64,000 nucleotides of DNA from Polyangiaceae bacterium (GTDB taxonomy: Bacteria > Myxococcota_A > Polyangia > Polyangiales > Polyangiaceae). Position numbers and translations under genes: made by a program. Each line of letters opens with the position of its first letter. Within the stretch, counting starts at the first letter, position 1. The stretch covers positions 1-64,000 of the forward strand of contig JBGANF010000025.1 of assembly GCA_044222475.1 (NCBI GenBank). The letters run 5' to 3'. Shown here piece after piece: positions 1-11,237 of the stretch. The notes below the pieces were generated by a model, which was given only the letters and a program-made list of their open reading frames with translations, had not been told where the DNA came from and did not search any database.

Positions 1-138
1 CGTGTGCGACCTGAGCACCAAGTCGCTGCTCACGCTCGAGGCTGCGAAATTCGCTTTGATCTACGGTTGATATGCGGATCGGAAAAAGTGTCACCCATGT
101 GCCCGGTCTAAAACGTCACCTATGTTCCGGGTTGCTCA
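1..138 (+). mobile_element. Probable right end of an insertion sequence (IS481-like); the rest lies upstream of the window
   Basis: Two imperfect direct repeats, GTCACCCATGTGCCCGGT (90-107) and GTCACCTATGTTCCGGGT (115-132), end in ...TGCTCA(138). This resembles the repeated transposase-binding sites at IS481-family ends. An open frame (VCDLSTKSLLTLEAAKFALIYG*) stops at 70. Confidence 0.55.
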
Positions 139-142
139 CGGC

Positions 143-379
143 TCATCGACAGAGCTTGGTCGTCATCGCGACGATCCGCTCCAGGAGTTCGACAGCTTGC
201 CGATGGTCGTCCTCGTTCACGAGTTCGAGGATCTGCATCGCATCGACGATCGCTGCGCACTCCATCGCAGACCCGCGCGCGATGGCGTAGTGGCGCGCCC
301 CGTCGGGCCCGGTCGCGCGGCCGGCACCTTCCGCTACGTTGAGTGGGATGGAGAGAGGGCCACTGCCGGGGTCGAGTTG
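143..379 (-). pseudogene. 5'-truncated four-helix-bundle protein (23S rRNA IVP-like family)
   Basis: Manual translation, not in the ORF track: QLDPGSGPLSIPLNVAEGAGRATGPDGARHYAIARGSAMECAAIVDAMQIL...LLERIVAMTTKLCR*. It carries the family motifs SIPLNxAEG and ARGSAxE. There is no start codon before an upstream stop in the hexamer array. Confidence 0.75.
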
Positions 380-391
380 CTTGCTCGCGCC

Positions 392-454
392 CCGTCGCCG
401 TCGCCGTCGCCGTCGCCGTCAACGTCAACGCTCACGACAACGTCAACGTCAACG
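392..454. repeat. Hexamer tandem repeat (CCGTCG)n/(ACGTCA)n, about 10 units
   Basis: Directly visible in the sequence. Confidence 0.9.
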
Positions 455-520
455 ATCGGAGTCGTGCCCGCCGCAAACACTCCGGCGTAACTTCTGCCGA
501 AAGGCACTAGTTAGGCGGTA

Positions 521-886
521 TCAGCGCTTCACCCACGACGACCAAGCGTCGGGCGCGTAGCCGACCGTCAGTCGCACGTCGCGGGCGCCGTCGCGCAACA
601 TCACGACCGGTCGCTTGATGATCGACGGCTCGCGCAGCATGAGGGCGCGCGCGGACTTCGCGTCGACGATGGTGGCTTGCGTCGCGGCGTCGAGCTTGCG
701 CCACGTCGTGCCCTTCTTGTTGACGAGCGCCTCCCACCCGAGGCGATCGATCCACACGTCGAGCTCGGCCGCTGGTACGCCCTTGGATTTGAAGTCGTGA
801 AATGAGTAGTCGACGGATCGTTCGGAGAGCCACGCGCGAGAGCGCTTCACGGTGTCGCAGTTGGGAATGCCGTAGAGGGTGATCAT
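521..886 (-). CDS. ArsC/Spx-family (YffB-like) thioredoxin-fold protein
   Basis: N-terminal ITLYGIPNCDTVKR, central NKKGTTWRKL and IIKRPV motifs. Confidence 0.9.
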   Translation of the reverse strand: MITLYGIPNCDTVKRSRAWLSERSVDYSFHDFKSKGVPAAELDVWIDRLGWEALVNKKGTTWRKLDAATQATIVDAKSARALMLREPSIIKRPVVMLRDGARDVRLTVGYAPDAWSSWVKR

Positions 887-896
887 CGGGGGGCCA

Positions 897-1574
897 TCAA
901 CCGCACTGCCATAGGAATCGCCCTTCGGGCGCCTGGCCTTCGCGATCGCGAACGAAGACGTAGCCGATCCCGGCGTCGCCGAAGTTGAATCCTTCGATCG
1001 ACGTGCCGTCGCTGAGGGAGTGGGTCGAATCGATCTGCATGACGAACCGCCACGGCGCCTTGGGAAGCTCTTCCGCCGACTGAATCAGGCTCGGAACGCT
1101 CCCCACGCGCGTGTTCATGACCGGCAGGCAAAGGACTTCATCGGAGAGCGCAGCGCGCTTGGCGTCGTCGTAGAACGCGTCGACGTCGCCAGGTTCGACT
1201 CCGTCGTCGGACTCCGTCCACCCCGCGATGATGACCTCCTGCTCCTCCATCACTTCGCGAGGAGCCTGGGCCCACGCCGTCGTCGACTCCTCGGGCTCGA
1301 TGACGAACGCAGCATTCGCGCCCGACGTCGCGTCCCAAGTCGCACAGCCGCCCGGATCGCGGTTGCAGTGGAAGACGAAGAGGACTCGGCCCGCGCGACC
1401 GAGATCGAGGCGTTCGGCATGATGCGCGACCTGCGCTATGAGCGTGAGCTCCCAGCCGCAGGCACTGCACGTCGGCCAGCGCGACTCTGGAAGTCCCCAA
1501 GGTCGACCCCCGAGCTTGTCGCCTTTGCCGCGACGGTGGGAGTCGAGCTTGAGTACCGGTTCCCAGTAGCGCAT
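897..1574 (-). CDS. YwqG/DUF1963-like protein
   Basis: KLGGRPW..WPTCSAC..LIAQ start, NFGDAGIGYVF motif and FLWQC end. Confidence 0.7.
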   Translation of the reverse strand: MRYWEPVLKLDSHRRGKGDKLGGRPWGLPESRWPTCSACGWELTLIAQVAHHAERLDLGRAGRVLFVFHCNRDPGGCATWDATSGANAAFVIEPEESTTAWAQAPREVMEEQEVIIAGWTESDDGVEPGDVDAFYDDAKRAALSDEVLCLPVMNTRVGSVPSLIQSAEELPKAPWRFVMQIDSTHSLSDGTSIEGFNFGDAGIGYVFVRDREGQAPEGRFLWQCG

Positions 1575-1584
1575 GACGCTCCGA

Positions 1585-3249
<1,665 letters not shown>

Positions 3250-3328
3250 GTCGAGCGGATCGAACGGTAACTGGGTCGTGATTCTGGCGCAACGTTGCCG
3301 CGAGGATTGGCAGACCCTCCACGGATCT

Positions 3329-3349
3329 GGTAATACCAAGGGTATGACC
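3329..3349 (+). promoter_or_regulatory. Putative antitoxin operator overlapping the TA promoter and start
   Basis: Palindrome GGTAATACC (3329-3337) and related GGTATGACC (3341-3349) overlap the ATG. No Shine-Dalgarno sequence is visible. Confidence 0.45.
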
Positions 3350-3595
3350 TCGATGAAGATCGCGGTGAGTCTTCCCCGGGCGACGTTGCGCCGCGCCAAG
3401 CGTGCCGTTCAACGGGGAGAAGCTGCGTCGTTGAGCGCCTTCGTCGCTGAGGCGATCGAGCAACGCACGACGCTCGAGGATCTCGACACGATGCTCGATG
3501 AGATGCTCGCGGAGACCGGCGGGCCGACGACGGCGGCTGAATCTCGCGCGGCTCGTCAGGCACTCCGCGGGCCGGTGCGTCGGCGCGCAAAGTGA
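3344..3595 (+). CDS. Ribbon-helix-helix-type antitoxin
   Basis: 83 aa, MKIAVSLP...SLSAFVAEAIE; GTGA overlap with the PIN gene. Confidence 0.8.
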   Translation: MTSMKIAVSLPRATLRRAKRAVQRGEAASLSAFVAEAIEQRTTLEDLDTMLDEMLAETGGPTTAAESRAARQALRGPVRRRAK

Positions 3596-3966
3596 GCGCA
3601 GTCTTCGACGCCGGAGCGTTGATCGCGTTCGAGCGGCTCGATCGCTTCGTCGTCGTGCTGGTGCAGGAGATCCGACGAGGAGGCGGCACGATCCGCGTGC
3701 CGGCTGGTGTGGTGGGCCAGGTCTGGCGCGGCGGCGCGCGCCAAGCAACGCTGGCGCGCCTGCTCGGCTCGAAGCTCGTCGTGGTGCAGGCGCTCGACGA
3801 TCGAACGGCACGAGCTGCCGGCCAACTCTGCGGGCGATCTGGAACGAAAGACGTCATCGACGCGAGCGTCATCGTCACGGCGCGAACGCACGGATTGCCC
3901 GTCGTCACGTCGGATCCCCACGATCTTCGTCGCCTCGATCCACTGGTGCGTCTGATCGAGGTGTGA
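3592..3966 (+). CDS. PIN-domain (VapC-like) toxin
   Basis: VFDAGALIA, DVIDASV and VVTSDPHD acidic PIN motifs; 124 aa. Confidence 0.88.
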   Translation: MSAVFDAGALIAFERLDRFVVVLVQEIRRGGGTIRVPAGVVGQVWRGGARQATLARLLGSKLVVVQALDDRTARAAGQLCGRSGTKDVIDASVIVTARTHGLPVVTSDPHDLRRLDPLVRLIEV

Positions 3967-4190
3967 ACCGTTCACCGGCGCTGGCGTCGCGGCGCGTTCG
4001 ACGTGCGCGAGGCGGCGGGCGAGCGCGCTCGAAACCACCCGGCGATGCCTTCCGTGTGCGGCTCGAAGTCGCCGGGGACCGAGACGTTGAGCGCGCCGGC
4101 GCGCTTCGCGGTGCGGTTCCCGGGGCGATCACGAGCACGACGCGCTTCGATGGCAGTGCCGCCGGTGGCCTCACGTGCTGTACTTCGCGG

Positions 4191-5129
4191 ATGTCGATCT
4201 CGCGTCGTGATGCGTTGATTGGGGCAGCCATTCTTCCGTTCGCCGCGAGCTGCTCTCCCTCGGCGACGCCGATCGCGGCCGGGCCGCTGCCGGTCGCGAA
4301 GGCATCGCGCACGCTCGGCAAGACGGGCGCCGCGGTCGAGGCGGTGTCGCTCGGTGGCGAGGGGATCCTCCGAACGCGCGGGCACGATGACGATGCAGTG
4401 GCGACGATCGTCGCGGCGCTCGAAGCGGGCGTTCGCTACTGCGACACCGCACCGGCGTACGACCAGAGCCAGGACTACTACGGCGCGGCGTTCGCGAAGC
4501 TGCCGGGGGCGCGCGAGCGCGTGTTCCTCGCGTCGAAGACGCACGAGCGAACGCGCGAAGGTGCATTGAAGCTCCTCGACGACAGCTTGAAGCGCATCGG
4601 GACGACGGTGCTCGATCTCTGGCAGATGCACGATCTGCGAACGACGGCCGAGCTCGACGCGATCTTCGCGCCGGGGGGCGCGATCGAAGCGGCGGAAGAA
4701 GCGAAGCGCGCGGGGCGGGTGCGTCACATTGGGCTGACCGGACACTTCGATCCGGCGATCCTGATGACGGCGATGAGCCGGTACGCGTTCGATGCGGTGC
4801 TCGTCCCGATCAACGCGTCGGATCCGGGTCGCAACCCGTTCATCACGACCGTCGTCGCGGAGGCGCGGCGGCAGAACATGGGTGTCATCGGGATGAAGGT
4901 GCTGGCGCGAGGGCGCCTGATCGAGACCGGAGCGAGCTCGGCGAAGGAGGCGATCCGCTACGCGATGGCCCACTGCGATACGGCGATCATCGGGTGCGCG
5001 AGCCCCGACGAGATCCGCGCGAACCTCGCCATTGCGCGAACCGAGACGGCGCTGGAGGAGCCCGAGCGGAGGAGCTTGGAGGCGCGACTGTCGCCGGAAT
5101 CGGCGCGATACTCGTTCTACAAGGCGTAG
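4191..5129 (+). CDS. Aldo/keto reductase with Tat-type signal
   Basis: SRRDAL twin-arginine leader; DTAPAY, FLASKT, LDLWQMH and GMKVLARG motifs. Confidence 0.9.
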   Translation: MSISRRDALIGAAILPFAASCSPSATPIAAGPLPVAKASRTLGKTGAAVEAVSLGGEGILRTRGHDDDAVATIVAALEAGVRYCDTAPAYDQSQDYYGAAFAKLPGARERVFLASKTHERTREGALKLLDDSLKRIGTTVLDLWQMHDLRTTAELDAIFAPGGAIEAAEEAKRAGRVRHIGLTGHFDPAILMTAMSRYAFDAVLVPINASDPGRNPFITTVVAEARRQNMGVIGMKVLARGRLIETGASSAKEAIRYAMAHCDTAIIGCASPDEIRANLAIARTETALEEPERRSLEARLSPESARYSFYKA

Positions 5130-5138
5130 AATCGCGCG

Positions 5139-5642
5139 ATGCGGCTCGTCATGGTGGGCTTCGTTCTGGTGATCGTCGGCTGTCGGGACGAGCGCGCGAG
5201 CGGCGCGGTCGATGCGGCGACGAAGACGCCGACGAGCGCGGCGACCGCAACGGCCGCCGAGAAGATCGACTGGAGCTGGGTGACGGTCTCGCGCGGGGTC
5301 GCGGTGCGAACGGGATCGCAGGGCGACGTGGGTCCGCCGAGCCAGAACCCGTTCATGCCTAGGCCGATGAAGCTGAGTGTGTTTCCGGCCGATCAACCGA
5401 CGGCGGCGGCGATCAAGACGATCGACTCACCGAGCGTCGCCGACGCGGAGCTTCCGGCGGGCAAGTACGAGCTGTGCTCGGGACGCGATCCGGCGCCGAA
5501 GCCCGACGGCGGCTGGCGAATGATGTCCTTCTGCCAGCGATTCGACGTGGACACGGGGGTCGCGAAGATCACCGCGTCGGGGGGAGCGATGGGCTCGGTC
5601 GGATTCACCTGCGCGACGGAGTCGTCGGGAGTGTGCAAGTAG
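5139..5642 (+). CDS. Hypothetical lipoprotein
   Basis: Hydrophobic leader ending IVGC; tightly packed with its neighbours. Confidence 0.7.
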   Translation: MRLVMVGFVLVIVGCRDERASGAVDAATKTPTSAATATAAEKIDWSWVTVSRGVAVRTGSQGDVGPPSQNPFMPRPMKLSVFPADQPTAAAIKTIDSPSVADAELPAGKYELCSGRDPAPKPDGGWRMMSFCQRFDVDTGVAKITASGGAMGSVGFTCATESSGVCK

Positions 5643-5643
5643 C

Positions 5644-6822
5644 ATGAGCACGACATTCACCGTCTCCGACGTCGAAATCGCTCGCGACCGAAAACCGGTC
5701 CTGAATCGTGATGCCGCGCTGAGGAAGCTCCTTCACCAGCCGGTCGAAGCGATGTCGCCGGGGGCTGGTCGACTCGTGCTGTGTTCGGATGCGAATGCGC
5801 TCGTCGAGGCCGTGCAGATCGCGTTCATCGAACACCGGCCGCTCGCGCTCTCACCCGACGCCGTCTGGCTCTGTCTCGCGCGTGGATTCGCCGAGCACGT
5901 GGCTCAGAACGCCGAGACGTTGAGGCCGCGCCTCGTTCGGCACCAGGACAAGCTCACTCTCGTCGTCAGGCGCGAGGATTTCGTGCTCGGCCAGCAGAAC
6001 CCGTGGCCGGAGGCGTTCAGCGCGTTCAGCGACGCCATCGCGTCGCACGTGGGAAAGCTGCGAGACCTACTCGTCGCGGATTTTTCGACGACGGGTCCGG
6101 TCGAGCGCGCAGCTTCGGAGGTCGTCCTGATGGATGGTTTCCAGCCCTATTTCGAATACGAGATGCGCATTGGGTGCGGAATCCCGTCGATCACCTTGCT
6201 CGGGACGCCGGCCGATTGGCGATCGTTGCGAACGCGAGCGGCGCACTTCGCGGAGTATGGGCTCGAGTGGTGGACGAAGGCGCTCCTGCCTGTGCTCGAT
6301 CAATTCGTGGCCGCCTCGGAAGGTGCTGAGGACAAAGTCTTCTGGCAGTCCCTGTTCCGGTACGAGAGCGGGTCGGGACGCGCCGATTTGACGGGATGGA
6401 TCCACGTTCTCTTCCCGTACATCGAAGAGTCGGGGGGCAAGCGCATTGCCAATGGCTACATTGCGACCTGGGCCGAAGATTGGAGCACGGCAGGTGCGCG
6501 AAGCGCGAAGTTCGATCTGCGGGGCCCGGCGCTGTCGCAGCTTCTTCCGGTCGTGTCGAGCGTTCCGGTGAAGGTCGTCGACTTGATTACGGAGACCGAG
6601 CACAAGCTTCGATTCGTTGCCGGCATGTTCGGTGTGGTCGAGGACGAACGGACCGGTGCGGTCGCACCCGAGATCGGGTGGGCTGTCGTTCATGGTCACG
6701 AGAGCGGGAAGAAGTGGAGCTTCCACGATGCGATCGCGGAGAACCTCGGCGGCGACGATGCCGACCTCGACATGGACCCCGTGACGGGTCTCTCGATCGT
6801 GCGCGCGCCGAAGGCGCGCTGA
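5644..6822 (+). CDS. DUF4419-like protein
   Basis: HRPLALSPDAVWL, ADFSTT, YFEY and CGIPSITLLGTPADW motifs. Confidence 0.8.
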   Translation: MSTTFTVSDVEIARDRKPVLNRDAALRKLLHQPVEAMSPGAGRLVLCSDANALVEAVQIAFIEHRPLALSPDAVWLCLARGFAEHVAQNAETLRPRLVRHQDKLTLVVRREDFVLGQQNPWPEAFSAFSDAIASHVGKLRDLLVADFSTTGPVERAASEVVLMDGFQPYFEYEMRIGCGIPSITLLGTPADWRSLRTRAAHFAEYGLEWWTKALLPVLDQFVAASEGAEDKVFWQSLFRYESGSGRADLTGWIHVLFPYIEESGGKRIANGYIATWAEDWSTAGARSAKFDLRGPALSQLLPVVSSVPVKVVDLITETEHKLRFVAGMFGVVEDERTGAVAPEIGWAVVHGHESGKKWSFHDAIAENLGGDDADLDMDPVTGLSIVRAPKAR

Positions 6823-6839
6823 GCGCGTAGACTCGGCAG

Positions 6840-7796
6840 ATGCGAAGTCTGCCCATCGCCCTCGCGATCACGGTCGCGATCGGGCTCACCACCGTTCCCG
6901 CCCAGGCCGTCATCGTCGATCGCGTCGTCGCGGTCGTCGGCGACCAGTCGATCTTGCTCTCGGAGCTGCGGCTCCGCGCGAAGCCTCAGCTCACGCTGCT
7001 CGCCGCCGAGACCGGAGGGGATCCGACGCGAACTGCGCTTGCCGAACCGCCGATCTTGAAGTCCACCCTCGATCGAATGATCGACGAGCGGCTGCTCGAG
7101 CAACAGGCCGTCCGCGCGCACCTCACGATCACCCCGGCGCAAGTCGACGCGGCGATCGAGAACAAGGCGGCGGCTCTGAAGATCTCGGTGGCCGAGCTCC
7201 TCGCCGCGGCCGCACACCAGGGGTTCACCGAGCAAGGCTACCGAGACGAGGTGCGGCGTCAGCTGATCGAAGGTCGGCTGCTTCAGCTCTACGTGTCGCC
7301 GCGCGTGCGCATCACCGAAACGGACGAGCGGGCGGCGTACGCGCACCTCGGGAAGCAGATCGAAGAAGAGGCGCCAGTGGTGTTGCAGGTGCTCCCGCTG
7401 CGAGTGCAGCCGGGGACGGCGGTGGCGCAGCAGAAGCTCGCGGATCACATCGTGACGCGCGCGGCGGCCGGGGACGACTGGTGCTCGTTGGTCGCGCAGT
7501 ACAGTGCGGTGCCACCGAACGGGTGCGGAGACACGGGGCCGCAGCCGAGCGCAAAGATCGCGCCGGAGGCGAGAGCGGAGCTCGCGAGGATGCAGCCCGG
7601 AGACGTATCGAAGCCGGTGCGCGTCGGGGACGACGCGATCGTGATCTTCCGATTCGCGAAGAGAGTGACGTTGCCAGCGTTCGAGGAGATCCGGCCTCAG
7701 CTGAACGAGCAAGCGACGGAGGAAGCACTGCTCCGTCAGAGAGACGCGTGGGTGAGGGATCTGAGGAGAGGCGTCTTCATCGACGTGCGGCTGTAG
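6840..7796 (+). CDS. SurA-like periplasmic chaperone / PPIase
   Basis: Signal peptide, IVDRVVAVVGD..ILLSEL, LDRMIDERLL and C-terminal LRRGVFIDVRL. Confidence 0.85.
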   Translation: MRSLPIALAITVAIGLTTVPAQAVIVDRVVAVVGDQSILLSELRLRAKPQLTLLAAETGGDPTRTALAEPPILKSTLDRMIDERLLEQQAVRAHLTITPAQVDAAIENKAAALKISVAELLAAAAHQGFTEQGYRDEVRRQLIEGRLLQLYVSPRVRITETDERAAYAHLGKQIEEEAPVVLQVLPLRVQPGTAVAQQKLADHIVTRAAAGDDWCSLVAQYSAVPPNGCGDTGPQPSAKIAPEARAELARMQPGDVSKPVRVGDDAIVIFRFAKRVTLPAFEEIRPQLNEQATEEALLRQRDAWVRDLRRGVFIDVRL

Positions 7797-7858
7797 AGAG
7801 GCTCGGCACGCGTGGCAGTGCCCTTGCTCCTGTGCTTCCCATGGGCGATCATCGGCCA

Positions 7859-8650
7859 ATGAAGAGCTACTCAGGGGCGAGGTACGCGCTCGCGATTCCG
7901 CTCACGCTCACGCTCGCGTTGGTGGTCACTGCGCCATTCTTCGCGTGCGTGGGTGACAGCCCCCCGAGCACCAACGATGGCGGCTGCGTGGCCGGCGGTG
8001 AAGGGTGTTCGTGCAACGTCGGCAAGTGCCTGTCGGGACTCACTTGCGCTTCGGGAGTCTGCGTTTCATTGGGCGACGGCGCCGCTGATGGCAACGGTGG
8101 CGGTGACGCTGGCGACAGCGGCCTCGTCGTCGACGGCGGGGGCACCATCCCGGCGACGTGCAAGGATTACTGCTCGGTGATGATGACGGCGTGCCCCGGC
8201 GGAACGGCGAATGGGCAGTACTCGTCCCAGGCCATCTGCGAAGCGATGTGCGCCAAGTTCGCTCCGGGCGCCAACGGCGCGCAAACGGGCAACAGCTTCG
8301 CATGTCGCGCATACCACGCATCGCAGGCCGCGCTCGGAACCGCCAACGCGACGTTTCACTGCCCCCACGCCGGACCGTTCGGCTTTGGCGTGTGCGGCAC
8401 CGAGTCCGAGAATTTTTGCGCGGCTTACCTGGGATTTTGCACCGGTGTAGACGGCGGCTACCTAGGTATCTCGAATTGTCCGGCCGTGTTCGATACCGTC
8501 GTCGACACCACGGACGGAGGTACATTCCTCAACGGCACTGGCCCGCGCGACTGCCGGGAATACCACCTCGAGAATGCCTATGGCGCGGGGGACCCGGCTG
8601 GGCCGCACTGCGTTCATGCCTCGAAAGCAGGCGGTGGCCTCTGCCCATGA
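7859..8650 (+). CDS. Cys/His-rich lipoprotein
   Basis: Lipobox-like FFAC, a DAG/DGG linker and a duplicated CRxYH...HCxHA motif. Confidence 0.8.
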   Translation: MKSYSGARYALAIPLTLTLALVVTAPFFACVGDSPPSTNDGGCVAGGEGCSCNVGKCLSGLTCASGVCVSLGDGAADGNGGGDAGDSGLVVDGGGTIPATCKDYCSVMMTACPGGTANGQYSSQAICEAMCAKFAPGANGAQTGNSFACRAYHASQAALGTANATFHCPHAGPFGFGVCGTESENFCAAYLGFCTGVDGGYLGISNCPAVFDTVVDTTDGGTFLNGTGPRDCREYHLENAYGAGDPAGPHCVHASKAGGGLCP

Positions 8651-8666
8651 AGCACGTGCAAACTCG

Positions 8667-11237
8667 TCAGAGACGCGGGTCCACCGGCTCACTCTCGAGC
8701 GCCAAGACTCCGAACACGCACTCGTGGACTCGTCGCAGCGGCTCCTTCCGGACGAAGCGCTCCAACCCCTCGATGCCGAGCGCAAACTCTCGCAGCGCGA
8801 GTGAACGCTTCGCCGACAACCCGCGCGCGCGCAGGCGCTCGAGGTTCTCGGGCACGTCGTACTCCGGTCCGTAGATGATGCGCAGGTACTCCGGGCCGCG
8901 ACACTTCACCGCGGGCTGGAGCAAGCCGCGTCCGCCGCGTGCGACGAACGTATGCGGCTTCACGACCATGCCTTCGCCGCCGCGGCCGGTGAGCTCCTCC
9001 CACCACGCGATCGCAGCGCTCTCGCTGGCGGCGTCCGTGAGCTCCACTGCGCGATGAGGCGTCGCCACGAGGATCTCGTCGTGCGCGCAGACCGACGCGA
9101 TCGTCTCCATGTGCCACACGTGAGGCTTGTCGGCATGCACGTGCCCTTCGGTCGCCATGACGTGAAACGGCGCGAGCTTCACGTCGGACAGCGAGCTCAC
9201 CGGCCAACAGTAGTGGCGATACGCAGCGCGGTACCTCGCCGATTTCTCGCGACGCACCTTCGTACGGACGGCGAGCTCGCTCACGTCGAGGCCGCGCGCG
9301 TTCGCTTGTTCGAGCACCGACGCCGCGGCATCGAGCGCGACCTCCGACGCGGCGCCGACCGCGGCGTATTGCCCTCGCAGAAGCTCCTGAGCCTTGAGCG
9401 ACCACGGCATCAGCTCGGCGTCGAGGCACATCCAGTCGCTGCGGAGCGACGACCATAGGTCCGCCTTCTCGATCGCAACGCGAACGCGGTCCAGGAGCGC
9501 GGCCGAAAGAGCCGCGTCGGCGAAGAACGGCCGCCCCGTGCGCGTGACGACCACGCCGACGCCCTCACCGGTCACCCCGAATCGCTTTCGAGCGGTCTCC
9601 TCGTCGCGGCACACGATGAGCACGGCGCGCGAGCCCATGTGCTTCTCTTCGCAGATCACGGACGGCACGCCGTGGTTGCGGTAGTACGCGAACGCCTCCG
9701 CCGGGTGCTCGAGCATGCCGGGCCGCGTGGTCGTCTCCGAAGGCGACATCGTGGGAGGCAGGTACACGAGCCACTTCGGATTCACCGCGAAGCGACTCAT
9801 GACCTCGAGCGCGGCGTTCGCGTTCTCTTCGCGAATGGTCACGGTGTGGTGAAGGGACGTCTGCACGATGCGCTTTCCGAGCACGTCCTCGAGATCGAGC
9901 AGATCGTCGTGGAGCTGCTGATCGGTGAGCGCGGGTGCGGCAGCGGCATCCGGGAGAAACGGCTTCGTGGGCGCGTAGTACGTGTGTGCGGCAGCAACGC
10001 TCACGAGCACTCGTTCGGGCCACCGCAGCGCAGTGAGCTTGCCGCCGAAGACGCAGCCGGTGTCGACGCAGATCGTGTTGTTGAGCCACTCGGCTTCGGG
10101 CACGGGCGTGTGGCCGTACACGACGGCGGCGCGGCCTCGGTAGTCCTGCGCCCACGGGTAGCGGACGGGGAGTCCGTAATCGTCGGTCTCGCCGGTGGAC
10201 TCGCCGAAGAGCGCGAACTCGCGCACCGCGCCCGAGCCGCGGCCTTGCAGCGACTCCTTGAGACCCGCGTGCGCGACGACGAGCTTGCCGTCGTCGAAGA
10301 CGTAGTGACTCACCAGGCCGTCGATGAAGTCGGCGACGCTCGTCCGAAACTCGGGCGCCTCTGCCTCCAACTGCGCGAGCGACTCGGCGAGGCCGTGCGT
10401 GATCCGCACGTCGCGTCCGCGCAGCTTGCGCATGAGCTTGATGTCGTGGTTGCCGGGCACCGACAGACCGGTACCCTGCGCGGTCATCGCCATGACGAGG
10501 CGAAGGACCTCGGGCACCTTCGGGCCGCGGTCCACGAGATCGCCGACGAAGATCGCCTTGCGGCCCTCGGGGTGGGACGTCGCGAACGCGTGCTCGCCGT
10601 CGACCGTTCGCGAGATGACGTACCCGAGCTCCCGCAGGAGGGCCTCGAGCTCGTCGAAGCAGCCGTGAACGTCACCGATGACGTCGAACGGGCCGTGCTC
10701 GGACTTGCGATTGTTCCACAGGGGCTCGCGTCGAATGGTGGCCGCCTCGATGTCCTCCAGAGAGTCGAGGACGAACACGTGACGAAAGCCTTCGCGTTCG
10801 AGCTTGCGAATCGAGCCGCGGAGCTGCTGCATCTGTTGCCGCAGCACGTGAGCGCCGAACGTGCGGTCCGGACGCTCCTTGTTGCGGTCGCGGCAGACCT
10901 TCTCCGGGACGTCGAGCACGATGGCGACGGGCAGCACGTGAAACTCGCGCGCGAGCGCGACGAGCGGCTTGCGCGCTTCGACCTGGACGTTCGTGGCGTC
11001 GACGACGGTGAGCAGGCCGCGCGCGAGTCGCTTCCGCGCGATGAAGTGCAGGACGTCGAACGCGTCGCTGGTGGCGGACTGATCGTTTTCGTCGTCGGAC
11101 ACGAGGCCGCGACAACCGTCGGACGAGAGGATCTCCGTCGGCTTGAAGTGCTTGCGCGCAAACGTGGACTTGCCAGAGCCCGACACGCCGACGAGAACGA
11201 CGAGCGCGAGCTCGGGCATCTTCAGGGGCTTCGTCAT
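8667..11237 (-). CDS. pnkp: Polynucleotide kinase-phosphatase-ligase (bacterial Pnkp)
   Basis: P-loop GVSGSGKST; metallophosphatase GDVHG/GDLVDRG/GNHD; ligase EEKHMGSR and EGMVVKP; ends ESEPVDPRL. ATGA overlap with hen1. Confidence 0.95.
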   Translation of the reverse strand: MTKPLKMPELALVVLVGVSGSGKSTFARKHFKPTEILSSDGCRGLVSDDENDQSATSDAFDVLHFIARKRLARGLLTVVDATNVQVEARKPLVALAREFHVLPVAIVLDVPEKVCRDRNKERPDRTFGAHVLRQQMQQLRGSIRKLEREGFRHVFVLDSLEDIEAATIRREPLWNNRKSEHGPFDVIGDVHGCFDELEALLRELGYVISRTVDGEHAFATSHPEGRKAIFVGDLVDRGPKVPEVLRLVMAMTAQGTGLSVPGNHDIKLMRKLRGRDVRITHGLAESLAQLEAEAPEFRTSVADFIDGLVSHYVFDDGKLVVAHAGLKESLQGRGSGAVREFALFGESTGETDDYGLPVRYPWAQDYRGRAAVVYGHTPVPEAEWLNNTICVDTGCVFGGKLTALRWPERVLVSVAAAHTYYAPTKPFLPDAAAAPALTDQQLHDDLLDLEDVLGKRIVQTSLHHTVTIREENANAALEVMSRFAVNPKWLVYLPPTMSPSETTTRPGMLEHPAEAFAYYRNHGVPSVICEEKHMGSRAVLIVCRDEETARKRFGVTGEGVGVVVTRTGRPFFADAALSAALLDRVRVAIEKADLWSSLRSDWMCLDAELMPWSLKAQELLRGQYAAVGAASEVALDAAASVLEQANARGLDVSELAVRTKVRREKSARYRAAYRHYCWPVSSLSDVKLAPFHVMATEGHVHADKPHVWHMETIASVCAHDEILVATPHRAVELTDAASESAAIAWWEELTGRGGEGMVVKPHTFVARGGRGLLQPAVKCRGPEYLRIIYGPEYDVPENLERLRARGLSAKRSLALREFALGIEGLERFVRKEPLRRVHECVFGVLALESEPVDPRL

